Origin: Nitrospinota bacterium
GTDB taxonomy: Bacteria; UBA8248
Assembly (NCBI GenBank): GCA_030754595.1
Contig: JASLZZ010000043.1
Span: 1-32,613, forward strand
Length of the DNA: 32,613 nt
Reading direction: 5' to 3'
Shown: piece after piece, positions 26,361-32,613 of the stretch
How positions within the stretch are numbered: the stretch's first letter is position 1
Layout: every line of letters starts with the position of its first letter
Translations under genes and position numbers: made by a program
Notes under the pieces: generated by a model
The model's database searches: none
Told to the model about the DNA's origin: nothing
The model's input: the letters and a program-made list of their open reading frames with translations, nothing else

Positions 26361-27668
26361 ATGCTAGAGGGCTTCTTGAACGATCCCCGCTCACCGGGGG
26401 CCCGCACGGGCCCGCGCTTTTACTACGGCTGGCTCATCGTTGGCGTATCCTTTCTCGCCATGGGGTTCCACAACTCCGCGCGCTTCTCGTTCGCGATCTT
26501 TCAGGTCCCGCTCATCGAGGAGTTCGGATGGGGGCGCGGCGCCCTGGGCAGCGGGTACGCGCTCATGCTGGGCGTCTATGCCCTTTCGGGCCCCATCGCG
26601 GGCTCGCTCTTCGATAAAAAAGGCCCGCGCGCGATCATGCCCTGGGGCTCGGTCGTCATCGGCCTCGCCCTCGCCGGGGGCTACTACATCACCTCGCTTT
26701 GGCACGTCTATATCATCTACGGCATATTCATCGGCTCGGCCATGTCACTGAGCGGCTTCGCGCTGCACGGCGCCATGATGCCCCGGTGGTTTCAGCGCAA
26801 GCGCGGCCTCGCCACCGGCATCACCCTATCGGGCGGGGGGGTGGGATTCCTCCTGCTGTTTCCGCTCATCGAGCGCCTCATCGCCCACGCCGGCTGGCGG
26901 CTGACCTACCTTCTCTTCGGATTGACGATCCTCATCGTCATGGTTCCGCTGAAACTTCTAATTTTACGTGACGGGCCCGATGATGTCGGTCAGGCGATCG
27001 ACGGCGCCCCCCCCCGTGAAAGCGGGAGGCCGACGGAGGCTGCCGGGCACGAAGCAAAGCCCGGCATGCGCGAGGTATTCGCCCTCGTCCGGCGGGACCG
27101 CCGGTTCTGGTTGCTCGCCTTCATCGTCTTCTTCCTCGGACTGAACAACAACACCATCATGAGCCAGCTCCAGCTTTTTCTCGTGGATGCGAAATACGCG
27201 ACCTCCACCGCCGCTCTTTTACTGGGCGGGGTCGGACTCATCCGGATGGCGGGAAGCTGGGGGCTGGGCTGGTTGAGCGACCGGTTCGGCCGGCCCCGGA
27301 CCCAAGCCCTCTCGTCCCTCATATCGGCCTTCGGGGTTGCGCTCCTCCTTCTCCTTCCGGCAGCGGGAGCGTCGATCCCGATGGGGATTTTATTCGTCCT
27401 CGTTTACGGCTTCGGAATGGGGGGAATGTCGGTCTGTCACTCAGCGATGTCGGCGGACGCTTTCGGCGGACGAAATTTCGGGGCGATCATGGGTTTTCTC
27501 GAAATCTGCTTCGGGGCGGGCGGGGTCCTCGGGCCGCCGGTGGCCGGCTTCGCTTTCGACCTGGTGGGAAGCTACACCTTGCCGTTTCTGGCCATAATCG
27601 CGGGGCTCCTTTCAATCTGTTTTGTCTGTTTGTTCATCTTCCCGAAAGAAGCCGCGCGGACGGAATAA
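26361..27668 (+). CDS. MFS transporter (OFA/MCT-like)
   Basis: FYYGWLIV, RWFQRKRGLATG, GWLSDRFGR, FGGRNFGAIMG. Start is ATG 26361 (or TTG 26376), downstream of TATAAT at 26336. Confidence 0.9.
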   Translation: MLEGFLNDPRSPGARTGPRFYYGWLIVGVSFLAMGFHNSARFSFAIFQVPLIEEFGWGRGALGSGYALMLGVYALSGPIAGSLFDKKGPRAIMPWGSVVIGLALAGGYYITSLWHVYIIYGIFIGSAMSLSGFALHGAMMPRWFQRKRGLATGITLSGGGVGFLLLFPLIERLIAHAGWRLTYLLFGLTILIVMVPLKLLILRDGPDDVGQAIDGAPPRESGRPTEAAGHEAKPGMREVFALVRRDRRFWLLAFIVFFLGLNNNTIMSQLQLFLVDAKYATSTAALLLGGVGLIRMAGSWGLGWLSDRFGRPRTQALSSLISAFGVALLLLLPAAGASIPMGILFVLVYGFGMGGMSVCHSAMSADAFGGRNFGAIMGFLEICFGAGGVLGPPVAGFAFDLVGSYTLPFLAIIAGLLSICFVCLFIFPKEAARTE

Positions 27669-27801
27669 CCCCGTGAATCGGGCGAATTCCCCCGCCCGGG
27701 GATCGAGAGACAATTTTGCCCCGCGAATTTGCTATCCTGCCTTCCGTTCTATCCGATAAAATCGTTAGGCACGTTTTCCTCGAATCGGAGGCATTTGCGA
27801 A

Positions 27802-28128
27802 ATGGTGGAAGAAAAGCGCAAAGACACGCGGCACTACCTTCCGGTCGTGATTCTCGCGCCCACGCTCTCCGAGATGCCCCTCGTTCCAGAGGACATCAGC
27901 GAAGGCGGCTTCCGGGTGCTGACGAACGATGAACCTCCCCACGAGGAGAATTTCGATTGCTCGGTACAGATCGGTGGCCAGATGTTCGACGGCTGCCTGG
28001 CCTCGGTCGCCTGGAGCTACAACAACGGCAACGGGACCTGGTATGCCGGAATCGCCATTGAGGAATTGCATGAAGAAAAGGACGTTTTCTCCCTGACCAT
28101 GGAGGAGGCCCAGAAAAAATCACCGTAG
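27802..28128 (+). CDS. Stand-alone PilZ-domain protein (c-di-GMP receptor candidate)
   Basis: EKRKDTR (RxxxR) and DISEGG (DxSxxG) motifs, VAW, YAGIAI; GGAGG RBS. Confidence 0.8.
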   Translation: MVEEKRKDTRHYLPVVILAPTLSEMPLVPEDISEGGFRVLTNDEPPHEENFDCSVQIGGQMFDGCLASVAWSYNNGNGTWYAGIAIEELHEEKDVFSLTMEEAQKKSP

Positions 28129-28229
28129 CCTTGGCGCGATCCCTTTCCCGTCTGTCTCGAAATACTCCCCCCCGCTTCCCGCGAGAAACTCTCTCTAATC
28201 GACACCCACGAATTCCCGAGGGGAACGCC

Positions 28230-29501
28230 TCATCCCGTGTACTCGAGGATATAGAGGCCCAGCCCCCATCGGTCGCCGAGATAGATCAGCCCGGTCTGGG
28301 TGTCCACGAATACATCGTTGGCCTGGATGAGCCAGCGCTCCTCGTTTCCGGCGGGAATATAGTGACCCACCTCCCTGGGCTGGAACGGGTTCGACCAGTC
28401 CACGATGCGGAGTCCGGCCCCGTACCAGCAGATGTACATCGGATCGTCGGCTGTCATGTCGAGCCAGACGTTGTGCGCCCCGTAGCGCGAGCCGAGCTGG
28501 GACCAGTACGGGTCCCTGGGCCGCATCGAATCCGGATCTATCTCGTAGGGATGAAACGTCGAGATCGGAAGCGGGGCCTCGTGGTACCGCATGTCGTAGA
28601 AAGTGACAAAGGCGGGCGGATGGGCGCAGTTCATGGTGACGCACTCGGTGGTGACGATGGCGAACTCCGAGCCCGGGGGAACGAGAAAAGTGTGGTAGCA
28701 ACCCGGCCAGCCGTGGGTTTCATGGGGGTTGTGGCGCCACATGAACTCGGGCTCGCGCGGGTCGGTCATGTCGAACATGGCGATCCCCCCGTTCCAGAAG
28801 CCGCAGGTGGCGTAGTTTCCAAAAGGGTTCGCCTCGTGGAGCCAGACCCCCCAGCCAAGTTGTTCGAAATCCCACGACGGCGTTTCGCCCGCACCCTCGT
28901 TTTGCCCCTCGATCCAGCACTGCGACAACAGCTCGGGAGCCGAGGGGTTCTTCACATCGTAGGTCCAGAGCACCTTCCCCCGGCAACCGTCCTTGAAACC
29001 CGAACAATAGAGCAGATCGCGATTGCGGTCGTGAATCGGCCGATGAATCCCGCGGCCCTCGGTCTCGATATAGTTGATGAGTCGCGGATTGGCGGGGTCG
29101 CTCAGATCGAACATGCGCATCCCGCCGATGAGCTCGGGATCGTCCGACTCGGGCCGCTTCTCGCTGTTGGTGTAGAGAACGTCTCCGACGAGGAGAATCT
29201 TGTGGGTCCGGGCGCCGGGCGGGTCCGAAATCTGGTTGACGACCTTGGGTTTCGATGGATTCGACACGTCGAGAATCGTGAGCCCGTTGTGGCCGTTCGC
29301 TCCCGAAGCGGCGACATAGGCGAGGCCGTCCCGGACCTGTATTTGGAAGGTGTCGCCCCATCCGTTCAGATCGGAGTGCCCGACGACGCGGACGTTTTTT
29401 TTGTCCTCGGCGACCGGGCCAGTGAGTATGCTGGGCTCCTGATCGTAGGGAACCATGGTGTCGAGCGCGCGTGGCGGAAGTCTGTATTCGGGCTTCGGCA
29501 T
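28230..29501 (-). CDS. LVIVD-repeat beta-propeller protein
   Basis: KNVRVVGHSDLNG, GLTILDVSNP, GMRMFDLSDP, GIAMFDMTDP, GLRIVDWSNP, GLYILEY repeats. Confidence 0.87.
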   Translation of the reverse strand: MPKPEYRLPPRALDTMVPYDQEPSILTGPVAEDKKNVRVVGHSDLNGWGDTFQIQVRDGLAYVAASGANGHNGLTILDVSNPSKPKVVNQISDPPGARTHKILLVGDVLYTNSEKRPESDDPELIGGMRMFDLSDPANPRLINYIETEGRGIHRPIHDRNRDLLYCSGFKDGCRGKVLWTYDVKNPSAPELLSQCWIEGQNEGAGETPSWDFEQLGWGVWLHEANPFGNYATCGFWNGGIAMFDMTDPREPEFMWRHNPHETHGWPGCYHTFLVPPGSEFAIVTTECVTMNCAHPPAFVTFYDMRYHEAPLPISTFHPYEIDPDSMRPRDPYWSQLGSRYGAHNVWLDMTADDPMYICWYGAGLRIVDWSNPFQPREVGHYIPAGNEERWLIQANDVFVDTQTGLIYLGDRWGLGLYILEYTG

Positions 29502-29527
29502 TGGATGAATTCTCCTGAAGATGGCGG

Positions 29528-29553
29528 AAAAAAGCCCCGGCGGCTAACCGGGG
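29528..29553 (-). terminator. Probable intrinsic terminator after the Ldh_2 gene
   Basis: Minus strand: ccccgg-ttagccg-ccgggg-cTTTTTT. Confidence 0.55.
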
Positions 29554-29572
29554 AATAAAATCCGAATCGCTT

Positions 29573-30628
29573 CTACTCCGGCACGGCGACGCCGAGTTCC
29601 CCGGCCAGAGCCGCCGCCGCCTCCCAAACGCCCTCCTCGGTGGGCACACACTCTTCAAGGCGGCGGGCACGCTCGCGAAAAATCCTTTCACCAGGTATCC
29701 GAATTTCCGAAAACCCCGGAGCCAGGGGCGAAGACTTCACTTCGAGGAGATGAGCCCGGACGGCCTCTCCGAAAGCCACGGGATCGCCGAAGCTAGCAGG
29801 GTCGATGGCGATCAGGAGGTCTCCCTTGTCGTAGTGATTCTTCTCGGCGATGGAGCGGGCCAGATCCGCGCCAACCTTCGCCCCCAACAGGGGGCCGGCA
29901 AGAAGGCCCATCACCAGGCTCAGACCATAGCCTTTGTGAGCGGCCAGCGGGGTAAGCGCCCCTCGGGCCGCTTGCGAGGCGTCGGTAGTGGGCTCGCCAT
30001 CGGGCCCGAGCGCCACCCCTTCGGGAATGGCCTCCCCGCGAGCCTGCGATTTCAGCACCGTACCGAAAGAGATGGCCGTCGTGGCAAAATCGACGAGAAT
30101 CGGGTCGTCTCCGCCCGAAGGTACGGCAATGGCCAGTGGATTCGTCCCGAGGAGGCGCTCCTTCCCGCCCAGCACATGGGCGAGCGGAGTCGTCACCGTG
30201 GTAATCATCCCCACGCAACCCGCGCGCGCGATTTTTTCCGCGTAAAAACCCGCCATCGAAATATGGTTGCCGTTGAGCACCCCGACGGCGCAGCAACCCG
30301 CCCTCTTCGCCTTGCGGATCGCAAGGTCGGCGCCGAACAGCGCACCCACCGCCCCCAGCGTCCGGTCGGCGTCCACGAGGGCCGAGCCTTCCCGCTCCAT
30401 GGCGACTCGGACCTTCGCTCGGGCGTTGATCATGCCGCTGCGAACCCGCTGAACCATGCTGGGGAGGCGGAGAAGACCGTGGGTGCCATAACCGCGAAGC
30501 TCCGCTTCATACAGGCTTTCCGCGCCGGCGGCGGCGGCCTCTTCCGTGCACCCCGCCGTCGCCAGAAGGCGGACCATGAAGCCGCGCAGGATGTCCGGGT
30601 CGACAATGCGCTGCGTAGGTTCACTCAT
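29573..30628 (-). CDS. Ldh_2-family (malate/L-lactate/sulfolactate-type) NAD(P)-dependent oxidoreductase
   Basis: AELRGYGTHG, NHIS, GTNPLAIA, DFATT, HKGYGL, IAIDP, RIPGE. Confidence 0.92.
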   Translation of the reverse strand: MSEPTQRIVDPDILRGFMVRLLATAGCTEEAAAAGAESLYEAELRGYGTHGLLRLPSMVQRVRSGMINARAKVRVAMEREGSALVDADRTLGAVGALFGADLAIRKAKRAGCCAVGVLNGNHISMAGFYAEKIARAGCVGMITTVTTPLAHVLGGKERLLGTNPLAIAVPSGGDDPILVDFATTAISFGTVLKSQARGEAIPEGVALGPDGEPTTDASQAARGALTPLAAHKGYGLSLVMGLLAGPLLGAKVGADLARSIAEKNHYDKGDLLIAIDPASFGDPVAFGEAVRAHLLEVKSSPLAPGFSEIRIPGERIFRERARRLEECVPTEEGVWEAAAALAGELGVAVPE

Positions 30629-30684
30629 GAAGCGGCCCTTCAATTGCCGACCTCTTTATTCCTGAAATCGGAACGAGGCGCTTT

Positions 30685-31197
30685 CTAAAGATCGGGGTCG
30701 GGCGCGGCGGCGCTCGGCTTCGAGACGTCCATCATCCATGTATAAATTTCGATGCGGTTCCCGTCCGGATCGAGGAAGTAGAAGGCGTGGCTGCCGCTTC
30801 CGCCGATAAATCCTTTTTCGTCCTGGGCCTCGTGCCCATGAACGTAAGGTCCCGAGACGAGTTCGACGCCGCACGAGCGCACATGACCGAGGGCGGCGAG
30901 CCAATCCTCCCGCCGGTCCACCTGAAAGGCCACATGGTTGAGGCCCACATCCTTGCGTTTGGTTGTATCTATCCCCACCGAAGGGGGGGTGGAGTCCGTT
31001 CCCTCGGGCAAACCGAAAAGAACGAAATTATGATGCAACTGATCGACACGCATGAAACAGACTTGGCCGGGGAAGTCGGGGGGACCCCACCTTCCGGTGA
31101 GCTTGAGACCGACGACCTCGCGATAGAACTTGAGCGAACGGTCCATGTCGCTAACCTGAATTCCGATGTGTCCGAGAGAATTTACGTTGCAGCCCAT
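30685..31197 (-). CDS. VOC-family protein (extradiol dioxygenase-like half)
   Basis: LGHIGIQVSDMDRSLKFY, HHNFVL, GLNHVAF, FYFLDPDGNRIEIY; AGGAGG RBS. Confidence 0.9.
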   Translation of the reverse strand: MGCNVNSLGHIGIQVSDMDRSLKFYREVVGLKLTGRWGPPDFPGQVCFMRVDQLHHNFVLFGLPEGTDSTPPSVGIDTTKRKDVGLNHVAFQVDRREDWLAALGHVRSCGVELVSGPYVHGHEAQDEKGFIGGSGSHAFYFLDPDGNRIEIYTWMMDVSKPSAAAPDPDL

Positions 31198-31378
31198 CAA
31201 CGAATTCCTCCCTGGAGAACCGCGGCGGGGAACCGCCGCCAGAAAATAGCCAAGTTTGTTATCGAAGAGGGCATGCTATCATGCCCGGTTCTAATTTCGA
31301 GCACCAGAGCGCGCGGCGGCGAAATTCCCGGGCCGGGACCATATTCATAACAAGGGGACGCCGCCGGGAGGATTCGCC

Positions 31379-31636
31379 GTGAAACTCGACGCACCGAGAT
31401 TTGCCCTCGCCTTGGGAATCGTTTGGGCCTTTGGAGTGGTCATGCTGGCCTGCATGGCGCGCTTGTTCGGCTGGGGAGGGCCCGTTGTCGGGGTTATCGC
31501 CAGCGTATATATCGGCTATTCGCCCACCTGGGCCGGGTTGTTCATTGGCGCGATTTGGGGGTTCGTCGACGGATTTGTGGGTGGATTTTTGCTTGGGTGG
31601 CTCTACAACCGCTTGCTCCCGGCGAAGGTCGAATAA
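31379..31636 (+). CDS. Small two-TM membrane protein of the family often auto-annotated 'bacteriophage holin'
   Basis: KLDAPRFALALGIVW...YIGYSPTWAGLFIGAIWGFVDGFVGGFLLGWLYN pattern; no phage context. Confidence 0.7.
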   Translation: MKLDAPRFALALGIVWAFGVVMLACMARLFGWGGPVVGVIASVYIGYSPTWAGLFIGAIWGFVDGFVGGFLLGWLYNRLLPAKVE

Positions 31637-31728
31637 TTACTGGTGAATTCAGGGAAGAATCCTAATATTTCACCCAAGGAGAAATTTATTGGAGCTTCGG
31701 GGGAAATTTCTTGGAAAGGAGGTGCGTC

Positions 31729-32001
31729 ATGGCAGAGAAGTTTTTCGGGAAGGTCACCCACTTTTTCTCCAAGATAGGCGTCGCGGGCATTGAACTCGAA
31801 TATCCGCTCGCAAAGGGCAACCGGATCCACATCAACGGCCATACCACCGATCTGGATCAGATTGTCCGCTCCATGGAGATCGGCCACAAGAAAATCGAGT
31901 GCGCCCACCCCGGCGATACCGTGGCTATCCTCGTGGAGGATAAGGTCCGGGAGAACGACTCGATTTATCTGGTCACCGAAGAGGAACTGACCGCGGCCTG
32001 A
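31729..32001 (+). CDS. Translation elongation factor-like small beta-barrel protein (U32 peptidase C-terminal-like)
   Basis: GKVTHFFSKIGVA...GHTTD..Q.V.SMEI.HK.IE.A.PG...VREND; AAGGAGG RBS before ATG 31729. Confidence 0.8.
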   Translation: MAEKFFGKVTHFFSKIGVAGIELEYPLAKGNRIHINGHTTDLDQIVRSMEIGHKKIECAHPGDTVAILVEDKVRENDSIYLVTEEELTAA

Positions 32002-32111
32002 TTGACGGGGGAGACGCCCCCACAAGATTTCGCTCTATGCCGCTGCGCCCGTCGCGGTGGAGGAGGATGCGGCTTCCTGTCCGGGTCGAGCCGTATAGGG
32101 CTCCTCCGACC

Positions 32112-32613
32112 AAGTCCGGTTCGCTGGACTACCACCTGGGAATCGGAACGAGCATCCAGAACGTCCAGGGCAAGGACGTCTCTGGCACCATCAACGGCGT
32201 CAAGGCGGACGGAGCGGGGCAGTTCCTCACCCTGACCTCGGCGGGCGACAACGCCGACGGCATCAGGGTGAAGTTCACGGGCACGACGGCCCCGGCGGAC
32301 GGCACCCTCAAGGCCACCGTCACCCAGGACTCGCTCCTCTTCCAGGTCGGCGCCAACTCGGGCCAGACCGTCAAGCAGGCGATCGACGACGTGCGCTCGA
32401 ACAAGCTCGGGCGGCTGGCGGTGGGACTTGCCACCTCGGCCAAGAGCGTCGCCGACATCGATGTCAACACCTCGGACGGCGCCAACGACGCGCTCAAGCT
32501 AGTGGACGACGCGATCAACTCGATCACGACGCTCAGGGGAAACCTCGGTGCGTTCCAGGCGAACGTCCTGGAGTCGAACATCAACAGCCTGGGCGTGGCG
32601 AAAGAGAACCTGG
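32112..32613 (+). pseudogene. 5'-truncated flagellin (variable-domain end plus C-terminal D1), running off the window end
   Basis: Open frame GKDVSGTINGVKADGAGQFLTL...SLLFQVGANSGQTV...SVADIDVNTSDGANDALKLVDDAINSITTLRGNLGAFQANVLESNINSLGVAKENL. No N-terminal flagellin domain upstream; in-frame ATGs at 32037 and 32067. Confidence 0.8.

Noticed and set aside
31379..31636. Holin-like gene as evidence of a prophage
   Set aside because: There is no endolysin, integrase or structural phage gene nearby.
31999..32235. TGA of the EF-like gene followed in frame by ORF 32002..32235 containing CRC
   Set aside because: The upstream protein is already full length, and the continuation is low-complexity and out of frame with the flagellin fragment.
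1..32613. Genome-wide stop-codon reassignment (UGA=Trp/Gly or UAG=Gln)
   Set aside because: TGA, TAG and TAA all end complete genes here, Trp is encoded by TGG, and in-frame TGAs occur only at catalytic Cys-equivalent sites.
1..32613. tRNA (including tRNA-Sec), rRNA or CRISPR arrays
   Set aside because: I recognised no cloverleaf, rRNA-like or regularly spaced repeat pattern by eye in the intergenic regions; a covariance-model search was not possible.

Overview
A 32.6-kb, GC-rich, gene-dense bacterial window of mostly metabolic and transport genes. In order: the 3' end of an IS5-family element, VOC-RidA-DUF123, a DtxR/FeoA-fusion regulator plus feoB, a methyltransferase, MFS transporters, a GNAT, a LeuB/ICDH-family dehydrogenase, GT2, a cyclase, an M42 peptidase, mqnD, TPR, cupin, an M48 protease, glcDEF, PilZ, LVIVD, Ldh_2 and VOC. 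The main signal is hidden by the ORF track. Three thioredoxin-fold genes within about 12 kb are each split by an in-frame UGA at the catalytic redox position: deiodinase-like T-U-P-P-F, PRXL2/AhpC-like U-I-F-C, and DsbA-like U-P-H-C next to a MauE/DoxX gene. Each UGA is followed by a similar GC hairpin whose loop opens on an in-frame CAG codon, so these are probable selenoproteins with a shared SECIS design. A lipoprotein cytochrome c' is interrupted by an in-frame UAG before its CxxCH, and the PRXL2-like gene carries an additional in-frame UAA. There are also two odd flagellin sequences: an orphan minimal flagellin with a C-terminal tail, and a flagellin C-terminal half lacking its N-terminus at the window end. 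I saw no rRNA, tRNA or CRISPR array. All family calls come from motif recognition by eye; no database search was run.
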